This document shows, piece after piece, positions 49,322 through 58,235 of a DNA stretch of 64,000 nucleotides. The notes below the pieces were generated by a model. It was not told where the DNA came from. It ran no database searches and was given only the letters and a program-made list of their open reading frames with translations. The stretch is from NCBI GenBank assembly GCA_038801705.1, contig JAULTC010000002.1:323127-387126 (forward strand), read 5' to 3'. The translations under genes were made by a program, and so were the position numbers. How positions within the stretch are numbered: position 1 is the stretch's first letter; each line of letters opens with the position of its first letter. This DNA comes from Candidatus Methanosuratincola mesotaenarum (GTDB taxonomy: Archaea > Thermoproteota > Methanomethylicia > Methanomethylicales > Methanomethylicaceae).

Positions 49322-50659
49322 ATGAAATACAAACTATTGAAGATAGCGGCCATCAGTCTCCCGGTCATGTGCATACCAGGGACGGTCTCCGCCGCTGAAT
49401 ATGGTCCAGTGAACGCGATAGACAACACATGGATACTCTTGGCGGCATTCCTAGTCTTCTTCATGAACTTGGGGTTTGCCATGCTGGAGACGGGGATGCA
49501 ACGGGCCAAGAACGCCAGCAACATATGCATGAAGAACCTGATCACGCCGGTCATAGGCGCCATAACGTTCTTCATAGTAGGGTTCACGCTGGCATTCGGC
49601 ACGGACATCGCAGGATTCACGGGCAGCATTGCAGACTTTCCATTGCTCAACGCGATTTCGACGGGCGACATATGGACGGGCACGAACGTTACAACGTATG
49701 CGTTCTTTGTCTTCCAGACGATGTTCGCCGCGACGGCAGCTACCATAGTGTCCGGCGCAGTCGGCGAGAGGATCAGGTTCTCAGCCTACCTGCTGTTCAC
49801 GGCAGTCATCCTTGCCGGAATCTACCCCTTTGTCGCCCACTGGATATGGGGAGGCGGGTGGCTCTTCGACCTTGGGATGATCGACTTCGCGGGCTCCACC
49901 GTCGTGCACCTCGTGGGGGGAGGGGCGGGGCTGGCGGGCGCCATCGCCCTCGGTCCGAGAATCGGCAAATACTTCAACGGCAAGGTCAACATCATACCAG
50001 GCCACAGCATCACGCTTGCGACGATAGGAGGGCTTGTGCTATGGTTCGGTTGGTTCGGGTTCAATCCGGGCAGCACCGCGTCTGCGTCTGTGCCTAGCAT
50101 AGCGACTATCGCGATCACCACAAACATAGCGGCTGCCGGTGGAGCGATTGCGGCAATGGCAACGTCGTGGATAAGGAGCGGCAAGCCTGATGTAGGCATG
50201 ACCATAAACGGCCTCCTCGTGGGGTTGGTTGCCATCACTGCAGGCTGCGCTAGCGTCAGCCCAGCGAGCGCCCTCATAATAGGCCTCATCGCAGGCGTGC
50301 TGGTCGTGCTCGCCGTTGACTTCATAGACAGGGTGCTCCGGATTGACGACCCGGTCGGTGCGGTATCGGTCCACGGCGTAGGAGGTGCCTTCGGGACGCT
50401 CATGGTAGGAATCTTCGCGGATGCCACATACACGGGTGGCGCAAGCGGGCTCCTCTTCGGCGGCGGATTGGCGCAGCTGGGGGTGCAAGCGCTGGGGGTC
50501 GCATCGGTCTTCGCCTTCGTCTTCGCGAGTTCGTACATCGTCTTCAAAATTATAGACAAGGTCATGGGACTCAGGGTCAGCGAGGAGGACGAGATCAGGG
50601 GGCTCGACGTATCGGAGCACGGCATGGTCGCCTATCCGGACTTCGAGGTTCCGTCTTGA
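49322..50659 (+). CDS. amt: Ammonium transporter
   Basis: FQTMFAA, DFAGSTVVH, WFGWFGFN, DDPVGAVSVHG (twin His intact). Confidence 0.96.
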   Translation: MKYKLLKIAAISLPVMCIPGTVSAAEYGPVNAIDNTWILLAAFLVFFMNLGFAMLETGMQRAKNASNICMKNLITPVIGAITFFIVGFTLAFGTDIAGFTGSIADFPLLNAISTGDIWTGTNVTTYAFFVFQTMFAATAATIVSGAVGERIRFSAYLLFTAVILAGIYPFVAHWIWGGGWLFDLGMIDFAGSTVVHLVGGGAGLAGAIALGPRIGKYFNGKVNIIPGHSITLATIGGLVLWFGWFGFNPGSTASASVPSIATIAITTNIAAAGGAIAAMATSWIRSGKPDVGMTINGLLVGLVAITAGCASVSPASALIIGLIAGVLVVLAVDFIDRVLRIDDPVGAVSVHGVGGAFGTLMVGIFADATYTGGASGLLFGGGLAQLGVQALGVASVFAFVFASSYIVFKIIDKVMGLRVSEEDEIRGLDVSEHGMVAYPDFEVPS

Positions 50660-50666
50660 GGGGGTG

Positions 50667-51071
50667 ATGAGAGTGAAGCTGATAATCGCGTACATCAAGC
50701 CTGAGAAGCTGGAGGACGTCAAGAAGGAGCTCAGCGCAAGGGAGGTCTTCAGGATGAGCGTCTCCAAGGCGAAGGGATGCGGCGAGACCAGGGGCTATGT
50801 CGCCAGCTACAGGGGCATTAAGAAGGACGTCTACCTGCTCCCGAAGCTGAGGATCGAGATCGCCGTCAATGACGACTTCGTGGACGTCGTGACCGATGGC
50901 ATCCTCAAGGCGGCGAAGACCGGGACCATTGGCGACGGGAAGATCTTCGTGGTGCCCATGGAGGAGTGCATCCGGATAAGGACCGGCGAGCGCGGACCCA
51001 ACGCAATAGGCGGTAGGAGCAAGTTTGCGACCAAGTTCAACGGAGAGGCGCATGGTCAGACGGCAAATTGA
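50667..51071 (+). CDS. glnK: PII nitrogen regulatory protein
   Basis: AYIKPEKL, GCG T-loop, LLPKLRIEI, TGTIGDGKIFV, RIRTGERG. Confidence 0.95.
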   Translation: MRVKLIIAYIKPEKLEDVKKELSAREVFRMSVSKAKGCGETRGYVASYRGIKKDVYLLPKLRIEIAVNDDFVDVVTDGILKAAKTGTIGDGKIFVVPMEECIRIRTGERGPNAIGGRSKFATKFNGEAHGQTAN

Positions 51072-51251
51072 GGCGTAGCACTGCATAAATGTCCGGGACG
51101 CGGAGGGGCGCGCAGGCGTGCTGAGCTTAGGGTCTTGGCGCATCGGCAGATGCGTTTCAGCCGCCGGTTCAGCTTCCGTCGTCCCCGGACTCCTTTTTGT
51201 CGTCATGAGCAATAGCATTTCAGTTATTAAAACGCTTAGACTCTGCATCTT

Positions 51252-52007
51252 TTAGAAATTAAAAAGTTTGCTCTCGAAGCACTGGATCACTTGATTCTTC
51301 CCCTTTTTGACAACGGAGTGACCCTCTGCCTCCAAAAGCCGCTTCTGGGACTCTACACCCCCGGGGTATTTCTCGTTAATAGCCCCCCCGCTCTTCAGTG
51401 TCCTCCAGTATGGGATGCTCTCTGAGGCGCCCTTCTGCTTGGCCTCCTCTGCGGCATTTGCGGCGACCCACGCGAATATCCCGGTCGAGACAAGCAGGGA
51501 CTTGGGGCACTCCGGCTTCTCCTCGAACCCGATGATCTTCGAGGAGCTGTCGATGGTGACGCATGCATACTTCTTTGCTAGCTCCTTGCTGCGGACGTTA
51601 TAGAGGGCGACGACGGGTGATCGGACGGTCTTGAAGAACGCGGCCATCTTGACCAGGTCTAGCGAGAAGAGGTTGTCGCCTGCAGCTATTAGGTAGTCAT
51701 CGGGCACGGCGCCCCTCATTATGATGCTGAGCGCCTTCGTCGGACCCAGCTTCTCCTCCTCGCTCGCCGACGGCTCCACTACGACCCTGGCGTTATTGAT
51801 GCCCCGGAGCCCTATCCACTCAGCAAACTTTCCTTCGAACTTCTTGTTCGTCGAGATTATGGTCTCTTCGGGTTTGAGGGGCTTGATCTTTGCCATTATG
51901 AAGTCAAGGATCGTTCCGTCTCCAATAGGCAGGAGGGGCTTCGGCGTATCCAGAGTGAGGGGCCAGAGCCGCTTGGCGTATCCGCCTGCTAGGATTATGG
52001 TTCTCAT
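51252..52007 (-). CDS. Chimeric ORF: sugar-phosphate nucleotidyltransferase N-part + alkyltransferase-like (MGMT family) C-part
   Basis: ILAGGYAKRLWPLT..PKPLL through EEKP...STGIF, then AWVAANAAEE...PYWRTLK.GG.INEKYPGG...LLEAEG. Confidence 0.7.
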   Translation of the reverse strand: MRTIILAGGYAKRLWPLTLDTPKPLLPIGDGTILDFIMAKIKPLKPEETIISTNKKFEGKFAEWIGLRGINNARVVVEPSASEEEKLGPTKALSIIMRGAVPDDYLIAAGDNLFSLDLVKMAAFFKTVRSPVVALYNVRSKELAKKYACVTIDSSSKIIGFEEKPECPKSLLVSTGIFAWVAANAAEEAKQKGASESIPYWRTLKSGGAINEKYPGGVESQKRLLEAEGHSVVKKGKNQVIQCFESKLFNF

Positions 52008-52184
52008 GACATCTGCCCACCTGGTTAATCTCAGGCGCAGATGGTATAAATCTGTGATGGGGTGCAGCGGGGAGCCCGTTGCCGGAGGGGCGGAATCTCT
52101 TTAAGGGCGGGCGGCGTTGGGGGATAGCGGTGCCCATCAGGAAGGGTGCACGTAAGTAAGTAAGTCACTGAAAGGCGAAGATCG

Positions 52185-52655
52185 ATGGCGGACCTCTCCC
52201 AACTGTTCAACATCTTCATTCTCGCTATATCTCCGGTCGTCGAGTGCAGGGGGTCGATACCGTACGGCATAGTTGCCGGGGTAGACCTCCCGACCGTGCT
52301 GCTCGTCACTCTGGTTGGGAACTGCCTGCCGGTGCCTTTCCTGCTCCTCTTGCTGAAGACCGTGGAGGGGTGGCTGATGCGGAGGGGAGACTCGAACCCA
52401 CTTAAGCGCCTATTCATAAGGTATGTGGAGTCGCTTCGGAGGAGGAGCCGCGACCAAGTTGAGAAGTATGGGTTCTTGGGGCTAGTGCTCTTCGTTGCGA
52501 TTCCTGTGCCTGGGACTGGGGCATGGACCAGCAGCATCGTCGCATACCTCTTCGGCATGGAGTGGAAGAGGTCGCTTGCTGCGATAGTCATTGGCGTGTT
52601 ATGCGCAATGGCTATAGTGACCGTGCTCACGCTCGCGGTAGGCGTCGTTTTGTAG
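52185..52655 (+). CDS. COG2426 small membrane protein (putative small multidrug export family)
   Basis: PVVECRGSIP, FVAIPVPGTGAWT. Confidence 0.85.
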   Translation: MADLSQLFNIFILAISPVVECRGSIPYGIVAGVDLPTVLLVTLVGNCLPVPFLLLLLKTVEGWLMRRGDSNPLKRLFIRYVESLRRRSRDQVEKYGFLGLVLFVAIPVPGTGAWTSSIVAYLFGMEWKRSLAAIVIGVLCAMAIVTVLTLAVGVVL

Positions 52656-52844
52656 CCCTGCTTAACTTGATTTTTCTTACGGCGTTTGAGCTGTCAAGAG
52701 CGCCGCTAAGCGTCGTGCGGTTTTAGGAGCGCGGCGCCGCGCAAATGCCGGGACCGTAAGGGTTGGCGTTCACAACGGTCAGGCTTGTGCATAAAGGCAG
52801 GGTTATGCCCTTAGGTGGATGGTAAATCTAAGGGGGGGCGCCGG

Positions 52845-53942
52845 TCAGATCTTATCGACGACCTCGACCCATAGGCGCATCTTTTCTAGCTGGAGCGCCA
52901 TGAATTTTCGATAGTTCTCGTCGGAGATGGCGCGCATTCCCTTCTCCAGCAACCCTGCCAACGATAGGTAGGCGTCGGCGTAGGTCTTGCCGGTCAGGTC
53001 GCCGTCCACTATCTGCCATAGGCTCTCGTTCAGGATCATGCCGTCCATCTCCTTCTTAAGGTCCTTGAAGACGCTGCGGGGCCGCTTGTCGTGCGTCCCG
53101 GCTGGCTTGCCTAGAGAGACCTTGTCTCCAAGGTGGTCGGCGATGCGCTTGACGAATATGCCGGACCATATGTCGTCGAACCGGTCAATGCCCATGGTGT
53201 TCATATATAGCTGGTAGAAGGCGGGGATTACCTTGGGGACGAAGGATGTGTTCATGCTGCAGACTGCGAAGTATGTCCCCCCATCTGCTATGACCTTATC
53301 ACGGTTGAGCGAGACCCCCTTTACACCGCATCTGCCGTCCATGCCGCCGTTGTAAAGGATCGTCAGCGCATCGAAGTCAGGATTCCCGAGCCAGTGCCCC
53401 ATGTTGACGACGCATCTGCCGCCCGAGGACCGCCACTCGTAATTCTCTGCCCTCTGCTCGCGGGAGTAAGGGTGCCCTCGGGGGAAGAACCTCCCGGGCG
53501 CGCCCATAGCGATCATGTCTAGGGAGTTGTACCACCTCGATGGCGAAGAGACGGTCACGCCGCCATCCCCGAAGAGGTTCTCCCTATGCCCTGCGATGAG
53601 GTTGCTTATGATGACGTCGTCGTCCAGCTCGACGATGAAGTCCGCCCCCTCCTCGAGGGCAACCAGAAAGCCGAAGGACGTCTCGGCGTGCGCCCTCTCC
53701 GGGATGACGGAGAGGTATCGGCAGTAAGGCGCCCCGAACCGCTCCTTGAACCAGTCGGCGCGCTCGGAAGGACCGTAGTACTCGATCGGGACGCCGCTCA
53801 GTATGCGGCTGTTACGCTCCCGCATGGCGGCGCTGCCCTCGTCTACGACCACAACGCGGGTTCCCGTCGCCATTAATTCGTCGGTCAGCCCCCTCAGGTT
53901 GTCGAGCTCATTGATGGTGGCTACGACCAGGAACGGCTTCAT
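52845..53942 (-). CDS. Reversibly glycosylated polypeptide / UDP-sugar mutase (GT75-like)
   Basis: SFGFL, LDDD, FPRGHPY, NMGHW, CSMNTSF, RFDDIWSG. Confidence 0.78.
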   Translation of the reverse strand: MKPFLVVATINELDNLRGLTDELMATGTRVVVVDEGSAAMRERNSRILSGVPIEYYGPSERADWFKERFGAPYCRYLSVIPERAHAETSFGFLVALEEGADFIVELDDDVIISNLIAGHRENLFGDGGVTVSSPSRWYNSLDMIAMGAPGRFFPRGHPYSREQRAENYEWRSSGGRCVVNMGHWLGNPDFDALTILYNGGMDGRCGVKGVSLNRDKVIADGGTYFAVCSMNTSFVPKVIPAFYQLYMNTMGIDRFDDIWSGIFVKRIADHLGDKVSLGKPAGTHDKRPRSVFKDLKKEMDGMILNESLWQIVDGDLTGKTYADAYLSLAGLLEKGMRAISDENYRKFMALQLEKMRLWVEVVDKI

Positions 53943-53974
53943 GCAAAAAAGAAGGGCTGAGGGAGATTAAAAGA

Positions 53975-55159
53975 CTATCCTATCAGTTTGACAAGAACAT
54001 CCCTCAGGTGCTCCAGGTCGCTAAGGTGGACGAACTCGTCGGTCCCGTGGAACTGTGTGTCGTCAGCGATTGCGCCATAGCTGACCACAGGTATCCCGCG
54101 CTCAGACAGAAACTTGCCGTCGTCGCCGCCCAGCGATGCGGCTATCGGCAGAGGCTGCCCGAAGACGGCGGAGGCGGCCTCTGAGAACGCCCTCACGAAA
54201 GGCGTGGATGCCGCGGTTACGAAGCCGGGGTCTTCGTAGTCGAACGTCAGCGCGGCATTCATGCCAAGCCTCTCCTTGGCCCTCTCGAAGTAATCCAAGA
54301 ACTCTGACTTCGCCTCGAGCGGCTCTTCGTCTGGCAGGAGGCGCAGGTCGAACCGTGTCCACGCCAGGGCGGGCACAACGTTCTCCTTCTCCCCACCTCC
54401 TATCACCGTGAAGGATATCCGGCCCCAGAGCTTCTTCTTGGGCGACATGGGAGGGGCGTCTATGGCTGAGAGCTTCTGCTCCCGCTGCTTTACGAAGCCC
54501 TCGAGCTCGACGAGCAGTCTCGCCAGCTTTGGTATGGGGTTGTCCGCAAGGTAATTGTAGCCCGCGTGCCCCTGCTTGCCGAAGACCTTGATCTCGCCGG
54601 TCATTCTGCCGCAGGCGCCGATCCCCACCATGTTAGGCATCGAGTCTACAACTACGCCGCAGTCCATCTTGAGCCGGACGTCCCTCATGAGGTAGCCGAT
54701 CCCCCAAACGCCGCCTATCTCCTCGTCCGGGGATGCCGCCATCAGGACGTTGTACTTCACGCCCTTGCCAAGCAACCTAAGCGCGCCGAGCGATGCGGCA
54801 ATTGCGGACTTGCCCTCGGCCACGTTGCCCGTCTTAAAATCGTGGTGCGCCTTGGCAGCCTTGATGTAGTTGTTGGCATGGCCCCTGTCGACCGAGCGGA
54901 GGGACTTCCTGATCGATTCTGGTGTCACTTCCGGGCCTACTGCCTCAGGCAGGCGCCTGACCTTTGCGCGGTACTGCAGAGCCGTGACTCTGGCGAGTCC
55001 CAGATCCACGGTGCAGAAGTCCACGAATCTATCCAGCTTTTGTACTGTAGTCAATTTTGTTTGGGGTCCTTTTTTGATGAAACTTTTTTCATTTGGGATG
55101 TAAGAAAGGGCTAAAAAAGTTTCAATGGCGGGCCTGAAGGGATTTGAACCCTTGGCCAA
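53975..55159 (-). pseudogene. Chimeric ORF: integrase int(C) fragment fused to an N-truncated M20 (ArgE/DapE) peptidase
   Basis: Starts inside tRNA-Lys; SAM-like integrase sequence to about 54812, then KSAIAA, DEEIGG, GHA, FDLR, FHGTDE. Confidence 0.7.
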
Positions 55160-55202
55160 TGGGTTAAGAGCCCATCGCTCTACCGTACTGAGCTACAGGC
55201 CC
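55126..55202 (-). tRNA. tRNA-Lys(CTT)
   Basis: GGGCCTG/CAGGCCC acceptor, ATGGG-CTCTTAA-CCCAT, encoded CCA. Confidence 0.96.
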
Positions 55203-55271
55203 GTCCGACTTTTCCATTCAGGAGGAGTAATTTAAAAGTATCGCTCTATCTGATAACCATTCATTGAGCAA

Positions 55272-56081
55272 TTGGTGAGTGAAAGAAAGATGCCTTCCCT
55301 GACATTTGTAGGGCTTGGGCTCAACGACGAGAGGGGTATTAGCCTCCACGGGCTAGAGCGCGCCAGGGCCGCGGATCTTGTATTGCTTGAACACTATACG
55401 AACGTGATGCCCGGCCTGAGCCTGGAATCCTTGGGCAAGCTGGTCGGTAAAGAGATCCGGGTGGTCGGCAGAAGGGAAGTCGAGGATGGCAGGGAGATCC
55501 TGGATGCCGCCTCCAGAAGCGAGGTCGCGCTGTTGGTTGCCGGCGACCCATTTGTTGCGACCACCCACGTCGATCTGAGGCTCAGGGCGATCAAGAGGGG
55601 CATACGGATTGAGGTGGTGAACGCTCCCTCGATCATTTCCGTCGCGCCGGGCGCCGTGGGGCTGCAGAACTACAAGTTCGGGCGGTCCGCCACGATCACG
55701 TTCCCCGAACCGCTCTCCTTCGTCCCATACGATGTCCTCAGGGTCAACAGGGATCTAAGGCTGCACACGCTCTTCTTCCTCGACCTCCGCCTGGAGGAGG
55801 GCAGGTTCATGAGGGCAGGCGAGGCGGTCCGCCTCCTCCTCGAAATGGAGGCACAGCAGAAGGGCGGCGTCGTCTCGGAAGGCATGCTCATGGTCGTCCT
55901 GGCTAGGGCTGGGTCTCCATCCCAGATCGTTCGAGCAGGGAGGGCTATCCAACTTGCGGACTTGGACTTCGGTCCCCCTCCCCACTCGCTAATAGTCCCT
56001 GGGCGCCTCCACTTCATGGAGGCAGAGGCACTGGTACTCATCGCCGGCGCAGACGAAGACCTCGTGAGGGGATGCCTGTGA
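55272..56081 (+). CDS. dph5: Diphthine synthase
   Basis: FVGLGL, LEHYT, GDPFVATTH, LQNYKFGRSATI, HTLFFLD, PPHSLIVPG.LHF.E. Confidence 0.95.
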   Translation: MVSERKMPSLTFVGLGLNDERGISLHGLERARAADLVLLEHYTNVMPGLSLESLGKLVGKEIRVVGRREVEDGREILDAASRSEVALLVAGDPFVATTHVDLRLRAIKRGIRIEVVNAPSIISVAPGAVGLQNYKFGRSATITFPEPLSFVPYDVLRVNRDLRLHTLFFLDLRLEEGRFMRAGEAVRLLLEMEAQQKGGVVSEGMLMVVLARAGSPSQIVRAGRAIQLADLDFGPPPHSLIVPGRLHFMEAEALVLIAGADEDLVRGCL

Positions 56082-56368
56082 GCTTTGAGGAGGACGCTAG
56101 AAAGAAGCTCGAGAGGTACATCGCAGCGACGGAGAGGGTCTTCAGGACGATGGAAGTCCTGTTTCCCGAGGACGCTTCACTGAGGAAGCAAGCCAAAGAG
56201 AACCTCAGGCTCTCCAGAATCTACTTCGAGGACAGCAAGTATTATTTCGGGAAGCAGGACTATATTACTGCGCTTGTCTGCATAGCTTACTGCGAGGGAA
56301 TAATCGATGCGTGCAGGAACATGGGCTGGCTTAGATACGAGTGGACCTTCGGGGCCACGCCCAATTGA
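56072..56368 (+). CDS. DUF357 protein
   Basis: YFEDSKYY, ALVCIAYCEGIIDA. Confidence 0.85.
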   Translation: MPVSFEEDARKKLERYIAATERVFRTMEVLFPEDASLRKQAKENLRLSRIYFEDSKYYFGKQDYITALVCIAYCEGIIDACRNMGWLRYEWTFGATPN

Positions 56369-56414
56369 GCAGATTTCCGGATTGGTGGGGGTGGACTGAA
56401 CGGGGAAGCGCGTC

Positions 56415-56825
56415 TTGGCAGCGGGGTGCTTCGATCTCCTTCACTATGGGCACCTGCGTTACCTCGAGGAAGCCAAGAAGCTTGCGGGCGAGGGCGGTGA
56501 GCTGATAGTGGTCGTGGCCAGGGATGCGACGATTCTGAAGAGGAAGGGTCGACCCCCAGTGATGGGTGAGGAGCACAGGCGGGAGCTGGTCGAGGCGCTG
56601 AAGCCGGTCGACCGCGCGTTCCTAGGTAGCGTCGACTTCGACACTAAGGCAGTCCTGGAGTCGATAGCGCCGAATGTCATCGCCCTCGGGTATGACCAGG
56701 AGGACCTGTCCGACCTACTCAGGAGTGGGGGATTCAGGGGTGAGATCGTCCGACTGGGGAAGTACGGCGACATCAGTTCCTCGAAGATAAGGGCGCTCCT
56801 GAACTCCGCGGCGAAGCTTAGATGA
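56415..56825 (+). CDS. ribL: FAD synthase (cytidylyltransferase family)
   Basis: GCFDLLHYGH, VVVARD, LKPVD, IALGYDQ, SSSKI; next to riboflavin kinase. Confidence 0.85.
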   Translation: MAAGCFDLLHYGHLRYLEEAKKLAGEGGELIVVVARDATILKRKGRPPVMGEEHRRELVEALKPVDRAFLGSVDFDTKAVLESIAPNVIALGYDQEDLSDLLRSGGFRGEIVRLGKYGDISSSKIRALLNSAAKLR

Positions 56826-56831
56826 TCTTTC

Positions 56832-57524
56832 TTACTGCACGTGGTCGCGGCTCAGGTAGACCTTCAGTTGGACCATGTCCCCATCCCTGAGCCCTAACCT
56901 CTTCCTCAGGTTATCCGGGGCGATTATCTCCAACACTTCCTTCCCGTAGTGTGTCCGGTGTATCATCAGTACCGCCCCGTCCACAGCGTCGTTCACCTTC
57001 GCTAGGAAGCACTTCACGTCACCGTAGGTCCTCTCCGAGTTCGTGAAGCCCTTGATCGTGATCCCGGGCAGCGCCTCGAGCTCCGCCCTCGCCCTTATGT
57101 CTGCCGCGGACCTGAGCCTAAGGTTCAGCGTACCTGGGAACGGGGCGAAACCGAGCTTCTCGGAGAACTGCTCCCTGTAGCCGTTCTTCGTGACGTAGTA
57201 GGCACCCTCGCCGAAGCCAGAGAAGACGTTGCCGTTGAGGAACTTGACGTTATCAACGCCCTCCAGTCCCATCCTGAGGGTGTCGTAGACCTCCCTTATC
57301 GCGCCAATCCCCTTCTCGGTTATCATCACAAGCTGCCCGTCGGGCGTCAGTTCCCTGGTCACGAACCCCCTTTCCGCGAGCTCCAGGAGGCGCCTCGAGG
57401 CTGTCTGCTGCGAGATGCCAATCATCCTCCCAAAGTCCGAGGTGCCGATCAGTATCTGCCTTGTGTGCCCCCCCATCCTGAAGATCTGGAGGAGCGCGAA
57501 CCAGAGATCACCTTCCAGCTCCAA
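56832..57524 (-). CDS. ribK: CTP-dependent riboflavin kinase with N-terminal wHTH
   Basis: SQQTASRRL, SGFGEGAYY, PFPGTLN, RTHY, LEIIA...LR. Confidence 0.93.
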   Translation of the reverse strand: MELEGDLWFALLQIFRMGGHTRQILIGTSDFGRMIGISQQTASRRLLELAERGFVTRELTPDGQLVMITEKGIGAIREVYDTLRMGLEGVDNVKFLNGNVFSGFGEGAYYVTKNGYREQFSEKLGFAPFPGTLNLRLRSAADIRARAELEALPGITIKGFTNSERTYGDVKCFLAKVNDAVDGAVLMIHRTHYGKEVLEIIAPDNLRKRLGLRDGDMVQLKVYLSRDHVQ

Positions 57525-57525
57525 T

Positions 57526-58128
57526 TCAGGGTCTGCCCTCCATGGCTCGCTTACTGTAGAGATCCGCGAGAAATAAAGGCTCTGGTAGCCGGTGCCCCCT
57601 CATGCATGCCCTCGCCACCTCCTCCGCGAGTCTTGGGCTCATCCTGTGACCCACAGAGACGAAGACCTTCCTTCCGCTCCGTGTCCGGATGACTGCCCCG
57701 ACCTCCCTCCCGTCTGCAACAAGGCGGTCCCCCTCCACCGATCCGCCGCTGAACGAGAGTGGGGAGAGGCAGACGCCGATTGTGGGTATATCGAAGGCGA
57801 TGCCGAAATGCGACGCAGCCCCGAGCCCCTCTGGGTGGAATGTCCCGTGTCCGTTCACCATGTAGACCGAAGCCCTCGTCCTGAGCTTCCTGAAGAGCGG
57901 GACGAGGAACCGCATCTCCCTGAAGGCGAGAAAATAAGGCATGTACGGGACTAATGCCATCCCCGTGTCGGTCGAGACCTCGACCTCATCTAGGCCCGGG
58001 TACCTCAGCACTACGCCTGCGGCGAAGCCCTCCTCGCCCCTGTACGCGATATCCATGCCGCAGACCGAGGAAACCTCCCCGGGAGGCGAGAACGAGACCT
58101 TCCTAGCAAGGAGGCGCTGGGCGTTCAC
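57526..58128 (-). CDS. nfi: Endonuclease V
   Basis: GMDIAY, PY.PYFLAFRE, VNGHG.FHP, G.ASHFG, FVSVGH, PEPL..AD. Confidence 0.88.
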   Translation of the reverse strand: MNAQRLLARKVSFSPPGEVSSVCGMDIAYRGEEGFAAGVVLRYPGLDEVEVSTDTGMALVPYMPYFLAFREMRFLVPLFRKLRTRASVYMVNGHGTFHPEGLGAASHFGIAFDIPTIGVCLSPLSFSGGSVEGDRLVADGREVGAVIRTRSGRKVFVSVGHRMSPRLAEEVARACMRGHRLPEPLFLADLYSKRAMEGRP

Positions 58129-58235
58129 GGCCTTCTGAAGATTGAAAGGGAATTTGATCCCCCTCTTTTATTTTTTCTTTTCTTTTTTCTTTCTTCCTGT
58201 TCTATTCAGATGAATAGCTGCCCGCTCGCCCGCTC

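Noticed and set aside
52729-52742. Perfect palindrome GCGCGGCGCCGCGC between convergent genes
   Set aside because: Single copy and GC-only; probably a terminator hairpin or chance.
58165-58203. Long pyrimidine tract as a terminator
   Set aside because: Both flanking genes are on the minus strand, where it reads purine-rich, so it is the wrong polarity.
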